From: Octopus sinensis
Lineage: Eukaryota
Length of the DNA stretch: 64,000 bases
Assembly (NCBI RefSeq): GCF_006345805.1
Contig: NC_043000.1
Coordinates: 54,188,001 to 54,252,000 of the forward strand
Direction of reading: 5' to 3'
The translations under genes and the position numbers were made by a program. The stretch's first letter is position 1. Each line of letters starts with the position of its first letter. Shown here in pieces: positions 1-13,806 of this stretch. Under the pieces are notes generated by a model. The model saw only the letters and a program-made list of their open reading frames with translations, had not been told where the DNA came from and made no database searches.

Positions 1-599
1 GTCCAATGGAGGTCAACTTTTTTTTCCAACATTCTGTGGCCGATAAATAGCATAGCAGTATTTATTTGTGGACAGGTAGAATAGTTAGCGCGTAAGGTGA
101 GATACTTTGTAAACTGCTTCAGGCTGTTTGTATTCTAAATCTAAATACCTCCATGTTCTATCTGGGACTTAATACGTCATCTAGTTTTACACTACCACAA
201 GGCACTAATTTTTAACATCCAACTGTATTTTAAAATAGGCAAAATATGCCCTCTTCAGAAAAACAAATAAATGTTACTGTTCATTCAAGGGTGATTTGCA
301 TCGAATGTACTTAAATATATCCAGATGACTTTAGTTGTATAATTTTCGATCCCCACAATGAGAATTACAAATACATAGCTGCAAATGATGTCATATAAAG
401 AAGTCATCACTTAAAAGATGACAGAGTATTAAGCCAATGGAAACTGTCTTCTTCCAAAAGTACAACACCCCTCAATGCATATGTGGTACCGTTATATATT
501 TTAGCTCTTAAGTGGACTATGTTAAACTCCTGTTAAATGAATACTAAAACATAAAAGAGCATGAAGCCATATGACGGTTTTGAAATATATAGTGATATC

Positions 600-1130
600 G
601 TAATGCTCTATCTAACAAAAAGTGAGGAATTACTTCACGATCAACCAGGAAGTGGAATCGCTCAGACTTCATATACTAAACAATGGACACAAAAACATAC
701 ATTAACTAGTACTCAATTTTCGAGGCAAGGAACCGGATATGTGAGAAGGCTAAACAGAACAAAAAGTATTTAATTAGCAAAGACCTTGGAGGTAGCTAAC
801 AAATCTGCTGAATTAACGTAATGCAACGAATATCTATAGCAGAGCACAATACATACAGCAAAATCTAAGTATTGGTATAAAAGATACTCTAATTTTCATA
901 GGAATTGTTATCGCCTTTTAACTGGTAATTGTTACATCACGTCACGTTATAAACGTACAGATCCAAATGCCGCTGACGGCTATTATTGTCTTATTGAAGA
1001 AATTAGACAGCTGTCTTCAACATCTTACTGGAAATCAAGAGGCATAGCATGGAATAATATTGTCCACGTGATCAAAAGTTTCACAGATTTTCAGTATGAT
1101 TAATATCTTCCGATACATTATGATGTTGAT
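600..1130 (+). pseudogene. Highly degenerate Tc1/mariner transposase remnant (tentative)
   Basis: Broken frames give LLHDQPGSGIAQTS (resembles mariner 'LEDxPRSGRP') and ...ADGYYC...LKKLDSCLQHL...GIIL (resembles 'INAxYYCxQLxRL...GIILLHDN'). Many stops; no TIRs found. Confidence 0.3.
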
Positions 1131-1180
1131 TGTAAAACAACATACAATGCGATCACTTAGAGAGACTGCCCCTACAAATA

Positions 1181-1611
1181 ATCATTTCTATTATAGGTAC
1201 AAGGTCTGAAAACTTGGGGCAGAGGATCTGTCAATTACATAGACTGGTACTTATTTTATTGGCCCCGAAATGATGATATAGAAGTATCAAATTGTTGGAG
1301 GGGATGGGTCGATTACATCGACCCGACTATTCAATTGGTACTTATTTTATAAACCACGAAAGAATGAAAAGCAAAGTCGGCCTCGGCGGAATTTGAACTC
1401 AGAACATAATGACTGGCCGAATGCCGCAAAGCATTTCGTCCAGCGTCCTAACCATTCTACCAACTCACCGCTTTAATGATAATAATAATAATAATAATGA
1501 TCATTTCTACTATAGGCACAAGGCCTGAAATTTGATGGGAGGAGCCAGTCGATTAGAACGATCCCAGTAGCAAATGATACTTAATTTATCAACCCCGAAA
1601 GGATGAAAAGC
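1181..1611 (-). mobile_element. Cluster of three tandem SINE family B copies/fragments
   Basis: Three segments share GTCGATTACATCGACCCC...GGTACTTATTTTAT..ACCCCGAAAGGATGAAA. The middle one (~1290-1470) continues into the tRNA-like head (GAATTTGAACTCAGAAC, reverse B box), as in the complete copy at 33319-33549. Confidence 0.8.
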
Positions 1612-1802
1612 AGAGAGCGCTAACGTGCGCCAAGGCAACAACAGCGTCCTCTCAACGATTAGCTGGAGATGATTTTTAAAATGAGAATATCTGAAATAAG
1701 CTCGACTGTTCTCACAAACGAACCCGACCGCTCTCAAAATTTAAGTAAAAAAAAGTAGAAAAAATAATCCAGAATCCTTCTCTGGTACCTGATCGATCCC
1801 AA
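1612..1802 (+). mobile_element. Partial copy of the Helentron-associated (DINE-1/HINE-like) element seen at 2284-2480
   Basis: AATAATCCAGAATC...GGTACC.GA.CGATCCCA at ~1750-1802 matches 2285-2320. Confidence 0.4.
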
Positions 1803-2283
1803 TAGTAGTCATGGAATGTGAAGGTGGCTGTCGAAAATTTAGGAACAGTAATATATAGTTTATCCTTATCTAATACATGCCAAATTCACCATTCAAAATA
1901 GTTTCATATGCGGAGGTAATAATAAGTTCTACTCAAGAATTTTTATATGAATAGCATGAGACCTTTTTGTTTTCTCTTCTCTTAAATTCCGGGCTTCTTG
2001 CAGTATTCCTGTTCTTTTAGATCGATGTATAGATATATGTATATATGTAAGTATACAGTAAAGTGTAAATATGTATATATGATATAATATATATATATAT
2101 GTTAGTGTTATTTAATTTGTGAACGACTTTGCTGCCATTTGTTTATGTAGTTTGGTTTCTTTACTCATCAGTTTCTAAGACAGAGACACGAGTAAAATTA
2201 ATAGAGAAACAGCATAAAGGGAGATAGCTGCGAAAGGCTTGAAAGTTAATGTAAAATCGTAATCATGTAAAGTAAATATAACA

Positions 2284-2480
2284 AATAATCCAGAATCTTT
2301 GACCGGTACCGGAGCGATCCCAAAATTTGATCAGTCTGTGCCAGTCAGGAGGTTAAACATCCCTGAGAGTTTCATCCGAATCCATCCAGAGGTTCTTGAG
2401 ATATCTTGTCCACGGACAATCGAACAAACAAACAAACACGACTGAAACACTACCTCCGCCTTATCGAAGGCGGAGGTAAT
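2284..2480 (+). mobile_element. DINE-1/HINE-like non-autonomous element, 3' part
   Basis: Short (ACAA)n microsatellite followed by a perfect 12-bp stem TACCTCCGCCTT-ATCG-AAGGCGGAGGTA (2451-2478), abutting an (AAT)n tract. This layout is typical of Helentron-associated elements. Confidence 0.6.
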
Positions 2481-3018
<538 letters not shown>

Positions 3019-3148
3019 ACAAGTAGAAGCTTACCCCAGATGAACCACTCTAGCGGTATATGCATGAAAATGTAAACAGATGGACAGCAATATTTCTGTA
3101 CGAAAGTGCAAACCTATGAGTTAAATTTTAAATTTTAATTACATATAC

Positions 3149-3570
3149 AGACGCAGGAGTGGCTGTGTGGTAAGTAGCTTCTTTACCAACCACATGGTTC
3201 CGGGTTCAATCCCACTGCGTGGCACCTTGGGCAAGTGTCTTCTACTATAGCCTCGGGCCGACCAAAGCCTTGTGAGTGGATTTGGTAGACGGAAACTGAA
3301 AGAAGCCCGTCGTATATATGTATATATATATGTGTGTGTGAGTGCGTGTATGTTTGTGGGTCTGTGTTTGTCCCCCTAGCATTGCTTGACAACCGATGCT
3401 GGTGTGTTTATGTCTCCGTCACCTAGCGGTTCGGCAAAAGAGACCGATAGAATAAGTACTGGGCTTACAAAAAGTAAGTCCCATGGTCGAGTTGCTCGAT
3501 TAAAGGCGGTGCTCCAGCATGGCCGCAGTCAAAATGACTGAAACAAGTAAAAAGAAAAAGAAAAGAAAGA
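3149..3570 (+). mobile_element. tRNA-derived SINE family A, full length
   Basis: Head GCAGGAGTGGCTGTGTGGTAAG...GGGTTCAATCCC (A/B boxes), internal (TA)/(TG) microsatellite, tail GCTCCAGCATGGCCGCAGTCAAAATGACTGAAACAAGTAAAAAG. Near-identical copies at 4408-4825 and 26365-26765. Confidence 0.9.
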
Positions 3571-4407
3571 ATACATCCATATTTATGCAAGACCTCTATC
3601 TATGCACATTGCAGTTACTTGGTGGTCTCTCGCTCATACATCAATAATAATAATAATAATAACTACGACAGAAAAATCAATAAATGTCCATGAGCTGTGT
3701 TCAGTTAAAAGAAGCAAACGCTGTAAAAACGGACCCATAACAGAATACCGCATCGAATACCAAACAGCATGGACAAGTGACGGCAAGTTGCCAGGAAGAT
3801 GGATCAAATCTGAAAGCATCTCGAAAAATCTGCAAAAACAATGAATCAATGAAAGAAAACTATATCTTGATGTGAGACATCTCGCAAAACTGAAAGATTT
3901 TTCTTGTATGGAGTATATATATAAAAACAACGTATATATGTGTGTTTGTGTGTGTGTTCCTCCGTATGTGTGTGTGTTTGTGGGTAGGTGTTTTCCAAGT
4001 TGATTGTAGTGTCAGAGTCCGTCGTGTGTGAGCTTTTGTTATTTAGTCTACATCAGCTTTTATCAAACTGATCTATGATAAAAAGTGTTCATACAGTGTC
4101 TAAGGCCCGTCTTACTACACAAGGAACTCTGTCGACAAATATACACTTCATTTCAGTCACTAATAGATGGGAGGAACTCTTAACTGTTGTTTATTTTCTG
4201 CAGTTCGTGTCACCATGCAAAATAAACCAAGAAACCAAGACTTTCCGACATACGTTGACGTTATCTTAGATACGAGGAAATATAGTTAGTGAAATAATAC
4301 AAGGGGACATGACGTTTTTCAGCCAGTCATTACACACACACACACACATACAAACAAGCACACGCAAACACACACACTTATTCTCCCTCTTCTCTCTCTT
4401 TATCTAT

Positions 4408-4825
4408 ACTCTTTACTCTCTTTTACTTGTTTCAGTCATTTGACTGCGGCCATGCTGGAGCACCGCCTTTAGTCGAGCAAATCGACCCCGGGACTTATTC
4501 TTTGTAAGCCCAGTACTTTTTCTATCGGTCTGATTTTGCCGAACCGCTAAGTGACGGGGACGTAAACACACCAGCATCGGTTGTCAAGCAATGCTAGGGG
4601 GACAGACACAGACACACAAACACACACACATACATACATATATATATATATATACATATATACGACAGGCTTCTTTCAGTTTCCGTCTACCAAATCCACT
4701 CACAAGGCATTGGTCGGCCGGGGACTATAGCAGAAAACACTTGCCCAAGATGCCACGCAGTGGGACTGAACCCGGAATCATGTGGTTGCTTAGCAACCTA
4801 CTTACCACACAGCCACTCCTGCGCC
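4408..4825 (-). mobile_element. SINE family A, full length
   Basis: Reverse complement of 3149-3570 along its whole length, with a (GAGTAAAA)-type tail. Confidence 0.9.
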
Positions 4826-6350
4826 TATCTCTCTGTTTCTTCCTATGTGTCTCTATTTTTATCTCTTACATTTTCTGTTTCTTTCTATGAGAGAGGTAAA
4901 GGGATGATCAGAGACTGAGGTGGTCGGAGGCTGGAGTTAATTTGGGACAAGCGTATTGATACATGGTGCAAGAAATGGATTTTACATACACTCATACACA
5001 ATCACACAATTACACATACATATCTACATCGATGTCTTTTTATCTTTTACTGGTTTCAGTCACTAGACTACGGCCATACTGCCGCACTTTGAGGAATTTT
5101 GGTCGAACTAATTGACCTCAAACCTTGTATTTTTTAAGCCTGGTATTTATTCTGTCTATCCCCATTATAAGGATAGATGCATGCGCTCGCGCGCAGAAAC
5201 AGAATATCATGTACACACGCACACTCACACACGTATCAGAGAGGAATAGAATGAAATGGATAGATAGATATGTATGCATACACATTTTCATATCAGTATA
5301 TTTTTCGAGACAGTATATCACTCTCTGTTTCTCTCACCTCTCACGCTCTCCCTCTCTATTTCTTTCTCTCTCTCTCTCTCATTTTATTGTCTTTATATAC
5401 TTTCAATTACCCACTCGCGCATACACGCACACACTTCCAATTACACACACGCACACTCACACACAGACACACACACATACACAAACATGATGCCAGAATG
5501 AAGGTATTTGAATGTCTATTATATATACAGAACAAGCAAAAGCACTTAATAGGTTTTGTTTGAAAGCCAGTAATTTTCTGTCTAGATTGTAAAGAATAAA
5601 ATCTCCAAATTTGTGTAAAATTGCGACTCTTTCTAAAAGAAACACTAATGCTACTCGTAATTATTGTTATATAACAATACTTTAAATCAAATAATGAAAG
5701 TATTTAAGAAACACTAATTCCGTAATTATTATGTAATCCATTAAATATTACATAATTATGTAATCCCTTCTCTTATCAAATATATTGTATTATTATTTGA
5801 AAGGATTAAATTTGTTATAATGAATAATTGTTATGGTTTAATCATCAGCATTAATAATTAATACGTTTGTTCAAAATTTAATAAAGCAATGTGTTCATTA
5901 ATTGAAGATCTCATCAATTCAACATATACTTCTCAGTCAGAACCTATAACGTTCTTTCTGAATCCTTAACAATCTATAACATTTTTGAGACGGTGGATCC
6001 AAAGTCAGATCGCAGGTCATTACAGAATTTATTTATGTCTTAATCTGTGTGATTTATACTCACATTGTAACATTTATCAGCATTGCTTTTCCTTTTCCGG
6101 AGGTTAACAAATTAAGTCTGTATGTGTGTATGTGTATTCTTCAGTCGTTTTAGGTCTTGTAAAAAAATTTCACCCCCTACCAATTCAAACAAAAATTTAA
6201 TAACTTAAACATAAAACAAAGAAGAAAAAGCAATTGGATCATCATACTAAGGTTCTTAAAATACTAAATCTCGCTCCTCAAGTGTGTAAGTTCAAATACA
6301 CTGAAAAGGAATTTTCCCTACATGTAACTAGAGTAGTTTGCATGATATAT

Positions 6351-6576
6351 ATTTCTTTACTACCCACAAGGGACTAAACACAGAGGTGACACACAGGGAC
6401 AGACAGACGGATTAAGTCGATTACATCGACCCCAGTGCGTAACTGGTACTTAATTTATCCTCGAAAGGATGAAAGGCAAGTGGACCTCGGCGGAATTTGA
6501 ACTCAGAACGTAACGACAGACGATATACGGCCATGTATTTCGCCCGGCGTGCTAACGTTTCAGCCAGCTCGCCGCC
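6351..6576 (-). mobile_element. tRNA-derived SINE family B, full length
   Basis: Reverse complement of 33319-33549. Imperfect 14-bp flanking direct repeat TTTGCATGATATAT (6337-6350) / TTTGTATGATATCT (6577-6590). Confidence 0.85.
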
Positions 6577-7607
6577 TTTGTATGATATCTTACATACATT
6601 AAGATCAAACGACTATCCTTTATATAATAAGTTAGTGTTCTTGCTAAGGGAAAAGTTCTCAAGTCTTATAGCTGCATAGCTTATCAGGTTTTAAAGGTAG
6701 AATCTATAAGTGGAAATGCAGTGAAGATGGTTCTCTTGAATCCGATGACTTCTTTGTATTACTTTTGTTGTAGCAATTGTTTAATCAAGAACAGCCCTAA
6801 TAGAGATAGCCTATGCTCAAATATTATGTAGTTATGACCGTTTTTTGGGGTATAGAGTACCTCGAGCTATATTGCCAATATACCTTTACATTTTTAGAAG
6901 TGGCTTGAGGAAAATTTGACGACTATTTCTATCAAGCTGTGACATTACATAAACACTTTCATACTGGTTCGTTAAAAAGATACTTTGATGTGTTGTACCT
7001 GTATGTATGTTTGTGAATGTATGTGTATGTGTGTGTGTATGCGTGTGTTTGTTCGTGTGTGTATGTAGCATAACTCGGAGCACTCTAGTAGACGGTTCTT
7101 TAATAATTTTCTATTCTCTGTCTGATGTGTGATCACTAATTAATGTGTCGTACTCAATAAGTTAAAAGCTTCAGTTCAATACAAGTAATACTTCTAGACG
7201 TAGAATCTAATATTATCTCGACGTTGATATTGATTGCAGACACTTGTAATTAGTACAAAATATCAAATGAATTATCGATTGTCTTTATCTACTTCATTTT
7301 TTTTGCACGAACTTATACAATGTGAGGTCCAGTCTTCAACGAGCTTTTCTTTATAACACTGAAAAATGACACATTCTACTACGTGCTTCATCTCATCTAT
7401 CTCTTTCGAGTGTCTGTGACGGTTATTAAAGATATATAACTCTTATTGGTTACATTTCTGCACATAGCGTATATTCCTTAAAATATGGACATTCACATTT
7501 GATTATTTATCATAAAACGTGCATGACGTAGAGTTGCGTGTAAAGGGAAGCACCGATAACCAAAACTTATGAGTTTCTACTCTTCTATAGGCTTTGAGAG
7601 GTGTCAA

Positions 7608-7867
7608 TTTTGCGTGCGATCTACCTGTCCATTTACTCTTTAGGGTGCAGTTTAATTCTAACCCCTAATATAAATCCTAAACCCTAGCCCCTAACCTAAA
7701 TCCTAAACCCTAGCCCCTAATCTAAATCTTAAACCTTAGTCGCTAACTTAAACCCTTGCCCTAAGTCTAACCATAACGCATAGCTCTAAACTCTAACCCT
7801 AATCCACATCCAAATCAGGTTCTGTCACTGTGAAGTCTACATATACAGCAGCAGATCTCACGCTAAA
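7608..7867. mobile_element. MITE-like element with an internal degenerate telomere-like (CCCTAA) array
   Basis: Imperfect 15-bp inverted ends TTTTGCGTGCGATCT / AGATCTCACGCTAAA (13/15). Internal CCTAA/CCCTAG/CTAACC repeats. Diverged homolog in the opposite orientation at ~50336-50520. Confidence 0.5.
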
Positions 7868-7965
7868 GTAAAGCCGTTTGAAGTATATGCTAACGGGACA
7901 TTAACTAGCAAACTTTTAGCTACATTTTCAACACAATTTTGGAAAACATTATCTTTAAAAATACA

Positions 7966-8340
7966 CAGGCATAGCTGTATGATTTAGAATTTTACTTCCA
8001 AACCACATGGTTTCGTGTTCATTCCCACTGTGCGGCACCTTGGGCAAATGTCGTCTGCTATAGCCCCGAGCTCATAATTTTTTTGAGAGTGGATATATTA
8101 GACAGAATTATTCTGTAAACTTCTATATATGTATGTGTGCGTGTGTGTTTGTATTTGTACTCGTTAGTACCACTTGATAACTGATGTTATTTTGTTTACG
8201 TCCCCATAGCGTTGCAATTTGGTGGAAGGGATATAGAATAATTATCCGCATTAAAATACGTATGGAGTAGATTTGTTCGGTTAGACCTACAAGGTGATGT
8301 TCCAGCATGACGGCAGTCCTTTGACTACGAGTAATAAACT
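7966..8340 (+). mobile_element. Old, diverged SINE family A copy
   Basis: CCACATGGTTTCGTGTTCATTCCCACTGTGCGGCACCTTGGGCAAATGTC and tail TTCCAGCATGACGGCAGTC match family A. Confidence 0.7.
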
Positions 8341-9748
8341 AAAAAATATTAATAAATTTACGATTTGCTTTTTATATATATATATATATATATATTCTTT
8401 AATTTCATACTTTCAGTATATCACAATTGTTTAGAAATCAAACCGTAGCATCATTTCAGCGATTAAGTTTCATTTACAAAACTGCACATTAGCTTCAGTG
8501 ATTGAAGCATACAGTAAATAGGTCGTGCCACTCTTAACTACATAATTTTTGCATATGTGCGTTAGTGTTCGGGAAAAAGTGAGGTAACTATTTCGAAAAG
8601 GTTTGATTTTCTAAAGCAGAGTTGGAGAAAGTTTTACTATATACATATATATATATATATATATACTACCAGAAACACTTATCATTGACTGGGTTTAGAA
8701 AGCTGCCAATATTGTACTATGAATATTGAAAGATATTAAGATATTCACCCAGATAGTATTGAACGTATATAGAAGAAATGACTATCAACTTTCATGTAGA
8801 CTATGGACCTGTTGCCTTCTAGTCAATGGCATCCTGAAAGCATATAAACTCTAGTATTTCAGTCTATAAATGAAGCAAAAATCGCACAGACTTTGGCTTG
8901 TGTGTAGTACAAAGTAACTAAATAAAAGTTACGGGAAAACTAAGAACATATGTACTATAGTTTATTGAAGTTCGCATTACAACAAACAAAAATACAAATA
9001 GCTTTTCTTAGACAAATAGCCTGGTGGCTCAAAGATATCAGTATAAAACGATTAAAAACAATATAATCATGCTATTAAAGTGCACACACACACACAAATT
9101 TAAAAGAAATATATAGTAACAATCTATTTCTGTGTGTAGCAAACATTTTACGCATAGAATAATGAATACAACTGAAGATCAAACATCGGAAAACGTGAAA
9201 AATAGAACATGAATAATTTTTCGCCTTTAGTTTTCCCAGAAATGTGTTGTGTCTGGGGAGAGTTATTATGATTTGATGCCTTATTAACACTGACTGGTTA
9301 GATTTCCACTCATATTTTGTTTTTTCTAAAATTTTTGATGCTTCTTGCAATATCTTCCATAGTTGTTGATTGTTCGTTATCAAAGTTGCGTTTCTTTTTG
9401 TTTGTTTGTGCGCATGGGTGTGCATCAGCATGCATGCATATACATATGTATTTTTGAATGAATGTATGTAAGTGCTTCTGTATATCTATGTATGCATGTG
9501 TGTGCATACATATGTATGTATTCTGCAGATTCATGTGTTTGTATTTGTATGAGTTATCTCCCTTACACTCAGTAGGGAGTGCACTATTTGCAGCTTTTTC
9601 GAAAAGGGTCCTTAGGAAGACAACTAGAAACTCGCGTCCACTTCCAGTGTCTTCGGAATATTTTACACTATTAACTATTAACTTTAAGTTAATATATAGA
9701 TGCTGTAGCCTTTCTCCCTATAAATCGTCAGACACACAAACGTTCATC

Positions 9749-9795
<47 letters not shown>

Positions 9796-10000
9796 CATTA
9801 TAATTATTCAGTAGTTTTATTTTTATAGCGTGCTTTCACTTCACTACCGAGCGCAGCTCTGTGTGCCTTGGGTATGTGCTGTGATTTGTTGTGATGCTCT
9901 GATGGTTATTGTATGGAAAGTATTCTGCGTAGGATGTGTGCAGTGCCTATTACTGCAATTTTCTGTATGTTATATGTGTTTGTAAGTCCTGGTGTTTTTG

Positions 10001-10597
10001 TTATGTATTTGTCTGAATATTTTTTATCATGCCTAATGCACCTACTATGATAGGAATTGTTTCTGTTTTCAGATTCCACATTCTGTTTACCTCTATTTCC
10101 AGGTCTTTGTATTTTGAGAGTTTCTCCATTTCTTTTAGAGACACGTTGTCATCTGCCGGTATTGATACATCAATTAGAAAGCATTTTTTTTCTTCATGAT
10201 CTCTGACAACTATATCTGGCCTGTTGGCCTTAATTTCTCTATATGTGTGTATCGGCATGTCCCAGAGTATGGTTGCTTTCTCGTTTCCTGTGACCTTTTC
10301 TGGTGTGTGCCTATACCATCTTTCTTCTGTTGTTATTCCATAATGTTGGCATAGCTTCCAATGTATGTAGGTTCCAACTCTGTCATGTCTGTGAATATAT
10401 TCCTTCTTAGCCAGGTCTGGGCAGCTAGAGATAATATGATTTATTGTTTCTTGTCCATCTCCACATATTCTGCAGTTACTTGTTATATTTATTTTCATTA
10501 CATGTTTTTGGTAATTTCTGATGGGGAGGCTTTGGTCTTGTACTGTAATTAAAAATCCCTCTGTTTTTCTGCTTTGAGTCCTGAGCTTCTCAACCAT
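10001..10597 (-). pseudogene. Dong/R4 C-terminal CCHC knuckle and restriction-like endonuclease domain
   Basis: CRICGDGQETINHIISSC (CCHC), RHDRV, ILWD, RPDIVV...LIDVSIP...KLSKY (PD-(D/E)xK motif). Confidence 0.92.
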
Positions 10598-11168
10598 TCC
10601 TGGGATTTTTCTTTGTCTATTTCTTTTGCGTTTAGTTTAGTCCAGTATTTACCATGAAGGGGCTTTTCTTGCCATCGTTTTATCATGGTTCGTTGCTGTT
10701 CCATTTTTAGTTTAGATTTGATTTGTTTTATAGCTTTTGTTGTTTCTTCATCTTCTTCTTCTTCTTCTTCATATTTATTAGGTGGTATGATTTCTTGTTT
10801 GTATTTGTCAACTTCCTTAAATACTGAGAACAGTTTTTTGTTTTGCCGCAATTTGTATCAGTTTTCCTTCCTTCTGAAGTAGATATTTTTGCAGTCCTAT
10901 GGTGGTTATTTTATAGTAGTTTTCCAGTTGTATAAGTCCTCTACCACCTTCTGTACGTTGTATATATAGTCTTTCTATGTCAGATTTTGGGTGATGCATC
11001 CTAGATCCTGTCATTATTTTTCTTGTTTTCCTATCTATTTTGGTCAGTTCATTTCGTGTCCAGTTAAGGATATTGTAGCTGTAACTTATAACTGGGACAG
11101 CCAAAGTGTTCATATCTATTATCTTGTTTTTAGCATTAAGCTCTGTTCTTAGTATTGATCTAACTCGT

Positions 11169-12941
11169 CTATAATATTCTTTTTTTAATTTTCTCTTTCA
11201 TTTGTGTGTGTTGTGTCTTATCTAGTTCATGGATTCCTAAGTATTTGTAAGTTTGGCTTTGGTCTAATTCTTTTATTTCATTGGTTTTATCTAGTGTGAT
11301 GTTGCTACTCTTAACTAGTTTTCCTCTTTTCATGGTTACTTTGGCGCATTTTTCTAATCCGAATTTCATATCTATTTCTTTGGTAAATCCATGAACTGTC
11401 TTTAATAGTGTTTCCAGCTGTTTGTCATTTGCAGCGTATAGTTTTAGGTCATCCATATATAAAAGGTGGCTGATCGTTTTGCCGTAACATTTATATCTGC
11501 ATCCAGTTCTATTTAGTATTGCCAAGCAGAAAAGGAGTGGAGAGAGCGTGTCTCCCTGGAATATTCCTCTTCTAATGGGGATGTCTTTGGTTTTCATGAG
11601 TCCCTCTTTTGTTTGGAAGTGTAGGACTGTTTGCCATTTATTCATAGAGTGCTCTATGAATTTTATGATTGTTGGTGCTACTTTGTTAATGGCTAGTGTT
11701 TCGAGGATCCATGTGTGGGGGATGCTATCAAACGCCTTTTTGTAGTCAATCCAGGCCATACTGAGGCCTTTCTTCTTTCTGTGGCTGTCTTCAGTTATGG
11801 CTTTATTAATCATTAGTTGATCTTTACAGCCATATGAGCCTTTGCGGCATCCTTTCTGCTCTTCTAGGAACAGTTTGTTTTCGTCCAGGTGCTTGTTCAA
11901 CCTTTGCGATATCACTGCAGTAAATGCCTTGAAAATTGTAGGGAAGCAGGTTATTGGTCTGTAGTTTTCTGGTTTTGCTGTCTCATTTGATTTGGGAATT
12001 AAGATGGTTTTCCCCTTCGTGAGCCATTCAGGCATTGTCTCTGGCTCTGCTAGTATGTTGTTAAAGTTTTCAGCCAGCTTTTTGTGCATTCCTGTTAGAT
12101 ATTTCAGCCAGAAGTTGGGGATCTTGTCATGCCCAGGTGCCTTCCAGTTGCTTAGTCATTGCAGTGCCTGGGTGACCTCTTCAGTTGTTATGGGGGTCCA
12201 AAGTTGTTCAGATGCCGAGTTTGTTATTCTGATACTCCTTTTTTGGGGTGCCATTGGTGCTGCAGTGACTTCTATTTTATTTTTGCCAAGTTATTGGTAG
12301 AACTTTTTGGGGTTGGAGTTGAACTTTTTGTTTTGTTCAAAGAAGCGCTGGCGTTTCTCGTACCGGCGGATCCTTTGTGCTTTGGCAAGGATATCTTGCT
12401 TCAGCTTTTCTTTTATCTCAGGTAAATCTTTCTCTGTGATGTTATATTTGCGGAGTATTTTTGTTTTCTTTTTGTTGCTCAGTAGCGTTGATTGTTTGCT
12501 GATTTCAATAAGAATCGACAGATCTTTTCTCATTTTTTGTATTTTGTTTTGGATGTTATTTATCCACAGGGTTTGGTTGGGTGGTGGTACTCCTGTTTGG
12601 ATGGGTTTGAGTGAGTATCCAGCTTCTTTTGTGGCTGCAGTGGCTGCTGCGTATATTAAGTCATTTAGCTCAGTGATATCGCTTTTTGTTTCAGTGGCTA
12701 TTAGTTCCGTGACGGCTAGGTTTATGCTGTTTATAATTGGTGTTATTGTTTCGTCTATTTTGATTCTTGGGAGGTATGGTCGGTGGTCCATTTTGAGCTC
12801 TGTGGTTTTCAGTTCTTTGATTATTTTACTTTTAATATTATCATAATCATTAGGCTCCCCTTCGTTGTTTACATCGTGTTTGTTGGGAATGTTACGTTTG
12901 TCTTCGTGTTTTACTGTTTCAGTGTTTATATTATTGGGCAT
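11169..12941 (-). pseudogene. Dong/R4 reverse transcriptase region
   Basis: YRPITC, AWIDYKKAFDSIPH, RGIFQGDTLSPLLF, HLLYMDDLKLYA, YKYLG. One frame from 12941 to 11169 with in-frame stops at 12291-12293 (TAA) and 12156-12158 (TGA). Confidence 0.95.
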
Positions 12942-13000
12942 TGTTGTGTGGCTTCTATCTACATTTTCCTGGTGTATTTTTTCTTTTAGATGTTCTATTT

Positions 13001-13474
13001 CTATTTCTGATATTTTTTTGTGTTGAGAATGTATCTTCGTACGTTAGCTAATTTATTAGGGTTCATTGCTGTATCCAAGTTTATATTTATGTTATTTTCC
13101 TTCCATATTTTATATGTATATGTTGTTGTGTTTTCATTTTTTGGGTAGAGCACTGCTGTGAAGTATGTGTGTAAGATAGAAATGTATTCCTCACGTGTCC
13201 ATTTACGTCTTTTGGGTTTTATTTGCGGGACATGAGGTACAACGTCCGGCCCATTATTTTGACGGTCGTCATTTTCGTAGGATACCGGTCCGTTCGTTTC
13301 TGTTGTCACATTATTTCGCACGTGTAGTTTTTCGTACATTTTTTGTTGTAAGTTTAAAGTACGTACCGCTCGATTGTTATTCTTGGGTTGAATAATATCG
13401 GCGGCATTTAATTTCTTCGTAGTTCCTTTGTACATGGTGTTTGGGGTCGGGGATGATCGTGATGATCCACCCAT
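13001..13474 (-). pseudogene. Dong/R4 N-terminal region
   Basis: RRKWTREEYISILHTY resembles the N-terminal 'R.KWT.EEN..I..CY' block of R4/Dong ORFs. Frameshifted from the next piece at an A-run near 13010. Confidence 0.7.
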
Positions 13475-13734
13475 GTTTACATGTGTTGTGTTAGAGGTGG
13501 AGATGATATCGAGTCAAAATACATCATTTCGTTTTGAAAATAGTAATAAATTTCAATTAGTATTACTTACTCGGATACAGTCCAATCGTTTGTTAGTAAA
13601 TCTTTGGCTCCATACGATGTCCTTGTTTTCGATGTTTATGGATAGATTTCGGAGCTCTGTATTTTCCTTCTTACATCTTAAACGTTATTATTATTATTAT
13701 TATTATTATTAATATTATTATTATTATATATATA

Positions 13735-13806
<72 letters not shown>

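Larger units (their letters stand above)
9809..13684 (-). mobile_element. Full-length R4/Dong-clade non-LTR retrotransposon (RT + restriction-like endonuclease), mildly disrupted, inserted in (TAA)n
   Basis: Collinear minus-strand ORF pieces 13001-13474, 12291-12941, 11169-12089, 10817-11113, 10549-10851, 10001-10597. Flanked on both sides by (ATT)n tracts (9750-9808 and 13685 onward). Confidence 0.95.

Noticed and set aside
3149-3225. tRNA-like sequences here and at 33319, 52667 and 60400-60480
   Set aside because: They have A/B boxes but run into SINE bodies and lack a complete cloverleaf, so they are SINE heads rather than tRNA genes.
3183-3392. Recurrent peptide YDGLLSVSVYQIHSQGFGRPEA (also 26391-26582)
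   Set aside because: Antisense translation of SINE family A; recurrence reflects the repeat, not a gene family.
10361-13712. Plus-strand ORFs overlapping the LINE (e.g. 12307-12846, 11992-12300)
   Set aside because: Antisense shadows of the Dong ORF with no independent motifs.
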